The translations under genes were made by a program, and so were the position numbers. From Octopus bimaculoides (taxonomy: Eukaryota), in the NCBI RefSeq assembly GCF_001194135.2, contig NC_068984.1, positions 90,445,776-90,489,952 of the forward strand: a stretch of DNA of 44,177 nucleotides, read 5' to 3'. Below are positions 1-12,589 of the stretch, piece by piece. Position 1 is the first letter of the stretch, and every line of letters begins with the position of its first letter. The notes beneath the pieces were generated by a model. It made no database searches, was not told the origin of the DNA, and worked only from the letters and a program-made list of their open reading frames with translations.

Positions 1-200
1 CCATGGTGATGCACCGCCGTTTTGTTACACTGTTATTACTGAGAGCCTCCTCCAATATGTGGCACTTGGTGAAGAATGGAGTTTGATGTAACTACCCTCA
101 CTTGCACCTCTTGCCGTGAGGTAGGTTCTTCTGCGACTCTCGACAGGAAGAAGTCCAGCCTTGATTTTAAAATGCCTACACAGCCACGCCTGTGCCTACA
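1..200 (-). mobile_element. 3' end of a CR1-type LINE (ORF2 C-terminus plus start of 3' UTR)
   Basis: My minus-strand translation gives GILKSRLDFFLSRVAEEPTSRQEVQVRVVTSNSILHQVPHIGGGSQ** (stop at 36-38). This resembles the FKxxLDxFL CR1/L2-type terminus. It is bounded by (TCTA)n/(GA)n. Confidence 0.6.
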
Positions 201-264
201 TATCTATCTATCTATCAATTTGTATACAGAGAGAGAGGGGGAGGGAGAAAGAGAGGGAGGGAGA

Positions 265-1018
265 GAAACATTATTATTTCTAAATCTCTCAACGAGTGAC
301 ATTCAGTAACAGTGCTCTAAAGTAAAAATTATTTGCCAGCATAATATGGCAGTCCCGGTTTGGACGAATGTTACTGCTATTTAGCCCCAGGAAACATCGT
401 CTCCAGCTGGCTATAGAGTCACTATCTGTGTCCTTATATTTTCGAACAGAGGAGTTTAGCATCCCCACTCAGCACAAAGCAATATCTGTGGACCGCGGTT
501 TCTGGGTTATTTCTCTTCCTCGGCACATAATAATTGCTTGGCTAGAGATAGCGCTGCCAAATTCCTGTTCGAAAACATATACATTATTTTCAAAGTGACA
601 CACAGTCACTGATCTAATAATTAGAAACATTATTATATCTAAATCTCTCAACGATTGACATTCATCAACAGTACACTAAAGTAAAGATTATTTGTTAACA
701 TAATGTGGCAGTCCCGGTTGGGACGAATGTTACTGTTAATTAGCCCCAGGAAACATCGTCACCAGCTGGCTATACGACACTATCTCTAAACGAGAGACAT
801 TCAGTAACAGTGCACTGTGCTGAGGAAGAGAAATAACCCAGGAACTGCAGTCCACAGATATTGCTTTGTGCTAAATGGGGATGCTAAACTCCTTTGTTCG
901 GAAATATAGGGACACAGATAGTATGTCGTATAGCCAGCTGGAGACGATGTTTCCTGGGGCTAAGTAACAGTAACATTCGTCCCAACCGAGACTGCCACAT
1001 TATGTTGACAAATATAAT
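265..1018. repeat. Three copies of an unclassified dispersed repeat: direct 265-620, direct partial 624-785, inverted 811-1018
   Basis: The core CATAATRTGGCAGTCCCGGTT.GGACGAATGTTACTG.TA.TTAGCCCCAGGAAACATCGTC is present twice on + and once on -. A further fragment lies at 28738-28800. Confidence 0.85.
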
Positions 1019-1090
1019 ATATACATACATACTGCACAGCATATACAGACACAAAGGTAGACAGAGAACCAGACAGAGAACCAGGCAGAC

Positions 1091-1265
<175 letters not shown>

Positions 1266-1274
1266 AGAGACAAG

Positions 1275-3358
1275 TTTCTTTATTAGCCACACAGGGCTGA
1301 ACACAGAGGGAACAAAATACAATGTTGAGCTTTTCTTTTTGAAAAAAAGAGAAAAAAGGAGAAAAATAAAATTCCGATAAAAAGGGATTGTGAAAAAAAA
1401 TGCCGATCAAAAGGGATCGTGTATCACAGAAAATATCATAAATGTAAAAAACAGATTAGGTTTATCCGTTGAAAGAAAAGCCTACAAAAAAGACCACAGT
1501 GACCTCGGGCAATAATGTCATACAAAAACACATAACAGTAAGTTACTCTCTTTTTTCTTTTCTTTTTCTGGTTCATAGGATTATGCTCAAGTACCATCCT
1601 TGCAACATTCACCCATCTTTTATTGAAACATTCGCTAGATAAAACTTTCCTCTCTACTCTCACCTTCCTTTTCAAGTGATACTTGAAGTTGATGAGAGAT
1701 TGACCAGAGAGGAAAGTGTTTGTCTCTAGGCCTTCCAGATCGCCTGACCATTGGAACGCTTCCTTTCCACAAGAAGCGGAAGAGGATTCGTTCCAGTTTG
1801 GTGATGGTAGGGTCGGGACAAGGCACGACGGTCAGGCGGTAGTAGATGATGGACGCGATGTACGCGTTCGCCACCTCCGCCCGACCTTTTAGGGACAGCT
1901 TCCTCTCGGCCCATTGCCGGGCGTGAGTGGCCACTCTACTCGTTATCTCGTCCCAGTTCTTCTCCCTACTCGTTATCTCGTCCCGGACCAAACCAGACCC
2001 CGAGAGCAACTCGACCGGACCGTCGGTCCAGCGTCCCACGACGGCATGGGCTTGCTTCTCCAGGTTCCGAGCTACAAGCCCACTGATTTTCCGGGTTAAT
2101 TTTGATGAGAGGGGGCATCCCTGACGGACCGAACGTGCAATATCGAATGGCCTCAATAGATGCCCATTCACGCGAGTTACCGAACTCATGCCTTTGTATA
2201 AGGCAGCGATCCAGCTGCGGAAAACGGGACCGAAACCAGCAGTTATGAGGACAGCCTCCAAATATCGATGGTCTACCCTATCAAAAAGCTTGGACTGATC
2301 CAAATTGATCAATGCCCCACCCATGCCAGGTTCCTTAACTACTCTGTCTATGATGTAGCGCATGAGATGGAGGTTGTCATGGATGCTCCGGCCCGGCATG
2401 GCGCACGTTTGCGCCTTGTCGACCAGTTTCTCGATGACAAGCGCCAACCTCTTGGCTAGCACATTGGGCAACATTTTCAAATCTGCATTGAGCAGAGTGA
2501 TGGACCTGAAGATATCTATTACGTCCCCCTTGTTTGGGTCTTTCTTTAGCAGCGTTACGGCTCTTTTTCAGCAGCGTTACGGCTCGAGTAATTCGTGCCC
2601 GTGTTCATCCATTGTTGCCCTGTTGTNNNNNNNNNNNNNNNNNNNNNNNNNNNNNNNNNNNNNNNNNNNNNNNNNNNNNNNNNNNNNNNNNNNNNNNNNN
2701 NNNNNNNNNNNNNNNNNNNNNNNNNNNNNNNNNNNNNNNNNNNNNNNNNNNNNNNNNNNNNNNNNNNNNNNNNNNNNNNNNNNNNNNNNNNNNNNNNNNN
2801 NNNNNNNNNNNNNNNNNNNNNNNNNNNNNNNNNNNNNNNNNNNNNNCCCATTTGTTGTTGATGATGGCTCCCGTCAAAGCCCTCTTCACTAGCGTGCTAA
2901 TCCGGTCTCTGAAAACCTGTCTCGACGGGAAAGATGCGTTCAGTTTCCAGTAACCGGGACCCTGCCTGTGTGCCTTATCTAAGTCAAGCGTACACGTCAC
3001 AAGTTTGTGATCCGTGTAGCTGACTATGTGGAATTGTGAACACCCTACGCTATCTCTATCTACTGTCCTACACAGTATTCTATCTAGATACGATCTCGAC
3101 GATCCAGTGCGATTGCTCCATGTCCACGTTGGCGCAACCGGGTGGTCGAGTTGGTACCTGTCAGACAGTTGAAAGTGTCTGAGCAGGTTTTTGAGGTATT
3201 TGCAACCCCTCCTGTTACTATCTCTGCCCACGTAGTCTAGATGCGTGTCGAAAGTAGTGTTCCAATCCCACACTAAAAGTAAAGGATGAGACGTTCCTAG
3301 GAATACTTCTAGACGTCGAAAGAAACCCGGCCGACCTGTTAAAGGTGGTGCGTAGACT
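1275..3358 (-). mobile_element. 5'-truncated, internally deleted Tx1-clade (L1 group) LINE: APE endonuclease C-half, RT relic, 3' UTR
   Basis: ORF 2605-3273 has EN motifs (WDWN, TWTW, SYLDRILC, TDHKLV, YWKLN). ORF 1635-2480 has RT motifs (LAKRL, GRSIHDN, LDQSKLFDRVDH, RQGCPLS, LSLKGRA, FLWKG). The C-terminal frame reads SLINFKYHLKRKVRVERK. The 3' end is GGCTAATAAAGAA. An N gap lies at 2627-2846. Confidence 0.93.
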
Positions 3359-3478
3359 GTTCTTTATTAGCCACACAGGTCCGAACACAGAGGAGACAAA
3401 GTACAATGTTGACCTTTTCTTTTCGAAAGAAAAAAAAAGTAGAAAATAAATTTCCGATCAAAAGGGATCGTGTTAAAA

Positions 3479-3480
<2 letters not shown>
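3359..3480 (-). mobile_element. Isolated 3'-terminal fragment of the same Tx1 family
   Basis: TCTTTATTAGCCACACAGG..AACACAGAGG..ACAAA.TACAATGTTGA.CTTTTC matches 1277-1340, and TCCGATCAAAAGGGATCGTG matches ~1402-1421. Confidence 0.88.

Positions 3481-3570
<90 letters not shown>
3481..3570. repeat. (GATA)n microsatellite
   Basis: Directly visible. Confidence 0.98.
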
Positions 3571-3571
<1 letters not shown>

Positions 3572-3779
3572 GGAAATTTCTTATTGTGAAGAAAGTAGCT
3601 TATTAATATTTAACAGAAAAAATCATTTATCTTTTCTTATGAGAAATTTAAAGAACAGATTCATAATTTCCTTTTCATTCTGTAATAAACTTACTTCTTT
3701 GATGATCTTTTTTTTTTTTCGAAAGTGATAGATAAATGGCTTTAACGACTATGTTGAGGAATATGTGTCTGTCTGAGTA

Positions 3780-3850
3780 AATACATACATACATACATAC
3801 ATACATACATACATACATACATACATACATACATACATACATACATACAT
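3780..3850. repeat. (TACA)n microsatellite
   Basis: Directly visible. Confidence 0.97.
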
Positions 3851-4544
3851 GCCTACATAAAAAAGGGCGAGATCGAGGGAGGGAGAGTTGCAAACCAAAC
3901 CGGAAATAATGTTACAGACAGATTTCACAAAATTTTATAATAATGGTTGAAAACGTCGTCGTAGAAAAAGATGGAAATGTTTTGTATCTACAGTTTGTGT
4001 TGAAAGAAAACGGTCGGAGAAATGTAAAACAAACAATGGGGCTATATGAAAAAGACTTCCTTTTCCTTTAAAAGTAGAACTTCTTTATACAGTAGATTTT
4101 CTTCGTTTCTCTACTTTTTCTTTTGTACTTTTGACACAAACGTTTAGAGCGCAACTTGTTTATACACCATACATTATATATACAATTAAATGTATTTAAA
4201 AGCATGCTTGCCGATATAAATGCAGCTGTGCGTATGTTCATTTGTTCAAAGCTAAAGTTTAATTCTGTCGCTATATTTAGAATATCCTTCTGTATAATTT
4301 CATCATTGTGATTGTAGAAATTGAATTATTAATAGAGTTTAAAGATGTACAATAGTTTATCATGGTTCCATAGCATAATGCAACTGTAATAGTTTGATAA
4401 AAGAAAAGAGATACCTGCTATATGATAATGTAATTCTTACTAGAATTGTCTAGCACCAGCCAGAACGGGGGAACAACAGAATCGGCAAAGTTTTGTTTTA
4501 TTCCGAATGAATGGATAATCTACAAAAAGTATCGAATACTTTTC

Positions 4545-4658
4545 TCTTTGTGTCTTTCTCTTTCCCTCTCTCTCTTTCTCTTTCTCTCCCTCTTTCTCTC
4601 TCTCTTTCGTGTGTGTGTACGTCTATGTATGTATGTATGTATGTATGTACGTATGTAT
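4545..4658. repeat. (CT)n/(GT)n/(TATG)n compound microsatellite
   Basis: Directly visible. Confidence 0.9.
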
Positions 4659-6424
4659 GATGTGGAGCTAGTCTATATCGTTGTTATATGAGAATTCTGA
4701 TCATGTTTGGAATATTCAGGAATATAGTACAACTTATTCTATGCGTGTGCTTTTTTATTTGGATATGTTTATATGTTTTTTTGTGTATTTTATTTCATAT
4801 GTCATTGGTTATTACCATCAACTACTTCTGAGGATACAAAGACTAGTAGTAACTATCTAGTCAACGACGTCGCTGTTCTCGTGTAAGTTTGTTTTGTTGT
4901 TTGTTTTCTTTCCTTTGTACCATTTCAAACAGACAAGATAGATATGTTTATCAAATTGTATAAATACACTAAGAATCAGAAAAATCGATCTTTTCATTTT
5001 TGAGATAACCATACAGATGGCAACTCCCAAGAGCCGCAACTTGAAGAGGATAATATGAAGTCCATGATTAAAGGCTATAAACGTTGATGTTATGTAAGAC
5101 AACGCAATTTGTTAGAAATATCTAACAAATACCTATATCAATTGAAATGTAAAATGGCGCATTTTATTAATTCTGATTCTTTAAAAATGTGCGTATTCTT
5201 AAGGTAATGTAAAATATATTATGGTAAATTATAATAAGAAATGAAGTACCGTTCCATACGCATATAGTTTAAATAATAACAATAGGCGGAGAACTGACCG
5301 AGAGCATTTAGAAGAGAAAAAAATTATAATGTTGGTCTCGTAGACTTCATTTGTTTACAATCACTTGTATTATTTCTTCCGGCTATGGTTAGTTCGTTGT
5401 GTCTAGCTTACTGCAGAATCAAAAGTATCCAGCAGTTTTGCACAAATAAGGAGTGCTTCCTTATATCAAGTGAACTACTGGATTTATACTATTACGACTC
5501 TTATCCCTGAGGAAAAAAAGAAGAGATATGCAATCACATAAAGCTGAAAGATCTTCAAAAAACTGGTATCAAATTTTGATACTTAAATCCTCATATCTTT
5601 AGCTACTATATACTTCTATAAGGTCGGCTCTATCTCTCTTTTGAAATATATTAGATTTCAAAGGTAAGTTTTCAAAACATAATAGATATGCAAAGAGTAG
5701 ATGGCAACACTTTCAAATAATACTTAGTTACTTTACTAGTCAACAAAAGAGTACAAATGTGTATTATTTGTACAACATTTGGCAACTCTTTTGAGCATAA
5801 CCTAAACTCTTCCAGAAAATCTGACATTGATTTGGTATCACGATAATAGTAGAGAAATACGAAAGTTAATAATTTAATAACTTCATGTGAAATCCATGCC
5901 AAGAAACGATTATCATGAAGAAATAATGTTAATTAAAAGGAAAAGTGATATTTGCTAACATCAATTTTTTGTAAAACAGATAACCATTCTTCAATTATTC
6001 CAATTCATTAAAATGTCAATTCAAATTATATATCCATATCAATAAACTGAAGGAAGAAATGTAATAACAGGTAACATTTCCATAAGATTCGACTTCCACT
6101 CCACGCAGCGCATCTCTTCAAGTAAAATATAGCTTAATTGCAATGTGTTTATACTCCTAGAGAACGTTTAGTTTAGCAGTTTTATTTTTTCTATCTAACT
6201 TCAATAACTTAATACTCCGCTGTTTAAATGAGAAACAAGTTCAGTCGAAGATTTTTACTGGAACATATCCTGATACATTTTTTATAATATCTTGGAGTTC
6301 ATATATGTTGTCTAGTGCAGCATGCTTCACACACTATCCCTTATTCCTCCCATAAATCTGACATATTTTAGGTATCGTGTTTGATCAATTTGTAACATCG
6401 CTGAAGTTATTCGCGCGAGCGAAC

Positions 6425-6565
6425 GCATACATACATAAATACATTCATACATGTACATGTATATGTGCGTGTGTGTATATACATATGTGTGTGTATGTAT
6501 GTATGTATGTATGTATGCATGCATGTATGTATGTATGTATGTATGTATGTATGTATGTATGTATG
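6425..6565. repeat. (TACA)n/(TATG)n microsatellite
   Basis: Directly visible. Confidence 0.95.
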
Positions 6566-6589
6566 TCTCCTCTGTATTCAATCATTTAT

Positions 6590-6980
6590 ATTCTTCTTCT
6601 GAAGAAGAAGGAGCTGGTTTCTAACAAGGATACGAAGCTCCGTCTTTGGAATGGAGATAACGAAAACAACATCACATTTTAAACCTGAGAAAAGTCTTGC
6701 ATAGTTTTATTGTTCTGTAAACAGATTGTATTTGTAATGTGCGAATCAGTTGGTCGATTTCTTTTTCTGAAAATCCAAGCTTATCCAGACTGAGAGTTGA
6801 GTATTTACTTACAAAACCAAGTGCTTTAATTATTACTGATATAAATGTAAATTTGTAATCCGGATATAGAAGCTGGAGGTTTCGAAACAGTGTTCCATAG
6901 TTACCTTCTTTCTCTTTCATTTTCAAAGAGATATTCACATCAGCAGGACAGCTGACCCCTATGACAGTACATATTTTTCC
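6590..6980 (-). mobile_element. 3' fragment of an RLE-type (R4/Dong- or NeSL-like) non-LTR retrotransposon
   Basis: ORF 6672-7028: CTVIGVSCPADVNISLKMKEKEGNYGTL...FISVIIKALG...LQIQS. This matches the E-x-S-x-P-x-D / K-x-x-Y / IIGALG restriction-like endonuclease tail. The short 3' UTR has a GGAGCT/AGCTCC stem. Confidence 0.8.
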
Positions 6981-7073
6981 AATGTATGTATGAATGGATG
7001 GATGGATGTGTTTATGTGTGTAAGTCAAGCTATATTTGTCTAGGAGTACTAGTAAAGTCTATACTTTATTCAT

Positions 7074-7213
7074 ATCGGCATTTCGTCCGTTTTTGCATTC
7101 TGACTTCATTGCTTCTCATCCTTTCAGGGTTGATAAAATAAGTACCAGTTGAGCACTGGGGTTGATGTAATCAACTTACCCTCCCTCAAATTTGTGCCCA
7201 AATTTGAAACCAA
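7074..7213 (+). mobile_element. SINE fragment (GTCGATAAAATAAGTACCAG family)
   Basis: CATCCTTTCAGGGTTGATAAAATAAGTACCAGTTGAGCACTGGGGTTGATGTAATC is shared with ~10 other copies in the window. Confidence 0.88.
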
Positions 7214-7919
7214 TGTACATAAAAATAGTTTTTTAGTTACCTTACGTTGGTATTACCTTTAAATGAATACATCAATGGTTCATTCTACCATCGAAGATGA
7301 TAAATAAGGTTAGTTTCTTGATTTTTGTATTTAGATAGTTTTTTGGTGATTGATTAGACATATTTCTTTCAAGAAGTGCTTAATTTGACTGTTTGCTGTT
7401 TGTGTTTTCCTCAAAAGCAACATCAACTAAAATAAACGGAAAGGGCTACAATTAGGAATTGAAATTAGGACCCAGATTCTCAACCAAAGAATCCTCTCTT
7501 TTAATTAACACTATTTAGGCAAAGATTAGTTGACAACTTGTTGAAGAGAAATAGTAAAATCATCTGCAGTAAGCTAACCAGTTTATCAATCCCATAATAC
7601 TGAAATTTAAATTTGAACCCAACGAAACTAAATACGTTTGAGCATTGTGTCTAACTCTCTACCGTCTCATGCACCTCTACTTCAAACACTTATTTAGAAA
7701 AATTTGCTTTTGCTTCGTATTTCTTTTATCGGATATTTCTGAACACTACAAAATTGCTTTTCGCATTTTATAATTAAAAGAAAACAATTGTTTTTTGTTT
7801 GTTCTTTTCTTAATATATATATTCCATTCAGTTTTCCTATTTTTCTAATTTTCTATGCAAGAATATATAAAATATAAATTCTTGCAGATGTTATGCAAGT
7901 CTGAATAAATTCCGTAACA

Positions 7920-7920
<1 letters not shown>

Positions 7921-7978
<58 letters not shown>
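7921..7978. repeat. (TAA)n microsatellite
   Basis: Directly visible. Confidence 0.98.
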
Positions 7979-7979
<1 letters not shown>

Positions 7980-8966
7980 TAGAAACAAGCACAGAAAAAG
8001 CTAAGCATATGAAAACCCGTGCTAAAACTGCTGCCTTAGATATTCTTACTGATAAATGGCAAGGAAAACCTCTAAATAGCAAGTACTCAAAGAGAATTAA
8101 TAGTGCCGATGTTCACAAAGCCCTTACCCATCAATGGTTAGCGTCTTCTGGCTTAAAATCAGAAACAGAAGGGTTTATCATAGCAGTCCAAGATCAATGC
8201 TTACCTACAAGAAACTACCAGGCCAACATATTGAAGAACAGCAGTAGCCCAACATGTCGTGTATGTCAACAACAAAATGAAACCATTGATCATGTTGTCT
8301 CTATGTGCAGTCTTCTTGTGCCTACAGAGTATCTCAACAGGCATGTTAGAGCTGCACAATATATTCACTGGGTAATTTGCAAAAACCTGGACCTACTCCA
8401 TGATAAAAACTGGTGAGGATACAAACCACCTCCAGTGCTTGAAAAGGATCACATCTCACTCCTTTGGGACTTCATCATTCAAATTGACAGAAAGACAGAT
8501 GCGAATAGGCCAGACATTATGCTGAAAGTCTTGAGACAAAAATCATGCTTCTTCATTGTGTATCTGTCAAGACCTACCAAAAATTGAGCAGGTATAAAGA
8601 TTTTGAAATAGAAATTGGCAAAATGTGGGATTTCAAGACTAAAACAGTACCTGTTGACATAGGTGCCCTAGCAATGATAGCAAAAGGGGCTGATTCCTTC
8701 CTAGTTCAGATACCAGGAAACCCCAAGATGGTAGAAATTCAAAAGATAGTGCTCATGGGAACTGCTCATATCCTACATAAAATACTGTCTATGTAATCTC
8801 AAATTTTAAAACAAACTCATAATTTTCTTTTTAAATATTCTCTAGAACAATACTGTGTGCAAAACCAAATATATGACACCCTAGTCATAACACCAACAAC
8901 TTGTCTCTTGAAGTCGCTGAGTGAGACTTGGAGCCAACTTGTACAAATGCAAAGCATAAGTCAAAC

Positions 8967-8969
<3 letters not shown>
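7979..8969 (+). mobile_element. 5'-truncated R4/Dong-clade retrotransposon copy A (CCHC finger plus RLE endonuclease, decayed)
   Basis: GLKSETEGFIIAVQDQCLPTRNY, CRVCQQQNETIDHVVSMC, YLNRH, then LLWDF..ANRPDI and QKLSRYKDFEIEI..WDFKT..VPVDIGAL..IQKIVLMGTAHIL (ORFs 8009-8416 and 8545-8796). Confidence 0.93.

Positions 8970-9037
<68 letters not shown>
8970..9037. repeat. (TAA)n microsatellite separating the two Dong-like copies
   Basis: Directly visible. Confidence 0.98.
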
Positions 9038-9577
9038 GTTGGGACCTATATACACTGGAAGCTATACTAACATTATGGAATAACAACAGAAAAAAAGATT
9101 GTATAGGTATACGCCAGAAAAGGTCACAGAAAATGAGAAAGCTACCATACTCTGGGATATGCCAATGCACACAGATAGAGAAATTAAAGCCAATACGGCG
9201 GATATAGTTCTCAGAGATCACCAAGAAAAAATGTTTTCTAATCGATGTATCAATACCAACAGATGACAAGGTTTCTCTAAAAGAAATTGAGAAACTTTCA
9301 AAATACAAAGATTTGGAAATAGAGTTAACTCGAATGAAGAGTCTAAAAGCAGAAACAATTTCTGTCATAGTAGGGACATTAAGTCTGATAAAAGATATTC
9401 TGACAAATACATAGCAAAAACACAAGGGCTAACAAATATATATAACATACAGAAAATAGCACTAATAGGCACCGCACACATCCTCGGTAAAACATTTTTT
9501 AATACAGTAAAAATAAGAGCGTCAACCACAGCACATACCCAAGGCACACTTCTCGGTAGTGCAGTCAAAGCACGTGA
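9038..9577 (+). mobile_element. 5'-truncated R4/Dong-clade copy B (RLE domain, different subfamily)
   Basis: My translation gives PEKVTENEKATILWDMPMHTDREIKANTADIVL...IDVSIPTDDKVSLKEIEKLSKYKDLEIELTRM...IQKIALIGTAHIL. Confidence 0.9.
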
Positions 9578-9595
9578 TAATAATAATAATAATAA

Positions 9596-9626
<31 letters not shown>

Positions 9627-9732
9627 AAGAAGAAGAAGAAGAAGAAGAAGAAGAAGAAGAAGAAGAAGAAGAAGAAGAAGAAGAAGAAGAAGAAGAAGAA
9701 GAAAAAGAAGAAGAAGAAGAAGAAGAAGAAGA
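9578..9732. repeat. (TAA)n followed by a near-pure (GAA)n tract
   Basis: Directly visible; it gives the poly-R ORF. Confidence 0.98.
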
Positions 9733-10299
9733 GTTAGATACTTAATTCAGAATTTGTTTTAAGTATTTGTAGTTCTATGCGATAATAAAGTTTATATGCA
9801 ATGTGATGACATATTTAGAAGACAAAATTCTAAAATAAGTTTCCTTCAGTAATCTAGGAACTTTTACTGCTTAACAAATTCATCTCTTAATTGATTTATA
9901 ACGACAATTCTATATCCTGCACACTCATCAGAACAGATTAGTATTCAGCTGAAAATCCCTTTAGTAACTGATGAAGATAGACTCTCTTCCAGAGAATTAT
10001 CCAACTGTAATATTTATCTTATTATATAAAATTGTACTGGAGTAGCAGAAATGCTACTGTGTCTGAGAAAATGCTATAAAGCGTTTATTTATGCCCCCGT
10101 ATACATTTAGTTCAAATCCTGCAGATGCTGACTTTGTCTTTCGTTTTTCAGGATCAATAAAAGAAATATCTTGAGGTCTAATAATTCGAATGCATTCCTC
10201 TACAACTAGATATCCACTCTTGTACCAATGTTAGAAACTAGGGATCCAATTTAGATGACTTGCCGACCCTGAAAATTTGTGATATTAAGCTGTCTGAAA

Positions 10300-10410
10300 T
10301 CAATAGAATGTTGGAAATAGTTGTCTTGGATTTAATTACGTCTCTTTACATTCTAAGTTCAAATCCGCTGAAGTCGACTTTGCTCTTTATCTTTCCGTTT
10401 TGATGGAATA
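10300..10410 (+). mobile_element. Degenerate SINE fragment interrupted by the Tc1/mariner TIR
   Basis: TACATTCTAAGTTCAAATCCGCTGAAGTCGACTTTGC resembles the SINE consensus seen at 26060-26110. Confidence 0.65.
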
Positions 10411-11050
10411 CATGGTGTGCCATAAAGAATTTCCGACTGATATTTAGTCGTAATTTTTAGTAAAGGGCATAAAACTCAGGAGTTGTTTAGGATTTAATTA
10501 AATATGGCCATGTAACATATTGAGATATACTTCATTCAATGTGTTCCCCTTTAGCTTTCCCAATTGCCCAAAGACAATCACACGAACACCGGACGACTTC
10601 TTCACCTAAACTATCCCGTGATGCGACTAAAGCTTTCTTCAGAGTGGTGTTATTTTTGTAGGAAACTCTTGAAAAGTCACTTTCTAGAATGGACCAAATA
10701 GCGAAGTCCATAGGGTTGACGTCAGAGCCGGAGGTGGAGTCGCATATTCTTGTCCCAGAACCACTGAAATTGCTCTTGCACCACTGCTGTGTCACATTGG
10801 CACACTGAATCTCTTCCGCTACTTTTTGTACCTGTCCAGTCGCTTTGCTTTGGAAACGGCCGAAATTAGGTATCGACACAGCAGTTTTAATGACTTACAA
10901 TTTAAGTCTTCATGCACGACCTGTTGCATAGTGTCTGAGGGATATCAAGACTTTGCCTCCTGCTCTGCCGTGACATTCTCTTTCGGACGACATGCACCCT
11001 CATGTAGTCGCTTGAACTGACAGAAACAGTAGCCAAATCTCTGCCAAAGC
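10411..11050 (-). mobile_element. Internally deleted Tc1/mariner-superfamily transposon (DD37D/maT-like) with one TIR
   Basis: The end is TA|CATGGTGTGCCATAAAG (mariner-type TA-CAGGGTG terminus). The transposase relic reads HEDLNCKSLKLL..AKRL and ANVTQQWCKSNF..SDVNPMDFAIWSILE..KAKGEHIE. Confidence 0.88.
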
Positions 11051-12589
11051 ACAGCCCACTATTTCAAAAAATAAAAACCAATGCAGTTCCAGATATACTA
11101 ATTTTGAATCTAAACGAGACATCCTCACTTAAAGGTTCACTCTACAAGTCGACTTGGTTAAAAATAATGGCAACAACTCTTGTCAAGAAGGATAAAAAAG
11201 AGAACTCCGAACTTCAAATTGATGAAAAATTGAATGGAAACAAAATGGAAGAGGGTTTGACCACTATTCAGTACTTTGATCTCAAGCGGACAAGGTCTGA
11301 TACCTAACACTAACAAAGTAAGGGTGCACAAACTTTTTAAACAACATTCAACATTCCTGAAACAAATCAAAAATGTTACTTGTCGCCTAAAACTGTTTTC
11401 TACAATACCATGTTTGATACCACCAAGGATTATGAAGAATAGGATAGGGCAATGTCATGTATCACATAGACACGGAGCAATTACAATGAGCTAGTTATAT
11501 CACATCTAGAAAGTAAATAAATCTTTTTTTTTTGTAATAATGTGAAGTATCAATGGTTTAAAATTATTAATATCATGATCTTCAACAACAAATGTAACGT
11601 ACATACATTATAAAAGACCTGATTTCTAAAAGTTTGATATTGTACTTGACTTAATTCTACGAATACAGGATAACACCGTTATTTAAGAGGGAACTAAAGA
11701 TGTATTGCTAGATAGCTAAGGGATGGGTGTAATTAAGCATATTAAGAAGACATCAAGTGTATAAACACAAAAACGAGCCTAAAGTGTAGACAGAGATTTT
11801 GAAAGACGTTTACAGTTATAGATTCTAATGCAAAACTACTTTATCATCTTAATGACTTGCTTGAAAAGTATTAAAAACTAATGTAGTGTATTTTTAATTC
11901 AGTCTGATCATTTATTGCAACCCATAGAAGTGTACTCAGAAGTGTACAAACAAGTAATCAGAATAATTTTTAAAATTGGAATTTGACTCATTTCGCTAAA
12001 CTGAAATAATTCATCATTATTATTTAAAGGTGACTTTATATTGGGCAACTTATAAAGTGATCAAGTTTCCAAGTCATTCTTCTACTATAAATATTTGCAA
12101 TATACTGGAGAGGAATCTAGCGACTCTCTTCGCTCGTTCTTACTATGATTCTTATAAATCAGGCATGCGCGAATGTTATAAATTGATTCAGAAATGCAAT
12201 TCTAATATTCTCAGAGATCTAAATTAATGATAGTATGATTTTATGTAATTTTAAAATCTTTATTTCATTCGATGACTAACTAACATAAAAGGAAAATCTC
12301 TTCATTTAATATACACAGTTCTCTTCAGAGACAAGAAGTGAGCGATCAAATAAAGTTTAAAGATATAATCGTTCTCTTGACCATTCATTTGGTAAATTTT
12401 TCGTTTATACAATGCTGCATAAATACGTTTTCCTTTCAAGTTTATAATATGAAAATTTCAATATTTTCTGCGTGACTGAACATTCAAACATAGAAACTTT
12501 AATGAAATTAGTTTTATCTAAAATGACATTCATAGTTACAGTTGCCTTTTACCTGAACTTTGTTGAAATATCATCACTTTGTTACTCAG

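Noticed and set aside
4440-5910. Possible small host exons (GTAAGT donors near 4882 and 5664; ORFs 4857-5102 and 5672-5902)
   Set aside because: I could not build a consistent phase-compatible exon chain or recognise a protein family; such signals are expected by chance.
6595-6670. Hammerhead-like CTGAAGA plus stem; also CTGACGAAAC at ~31406
   Set aside because: The core order is wrong: no GAAA after the stem in the first case and no stem II in the second.
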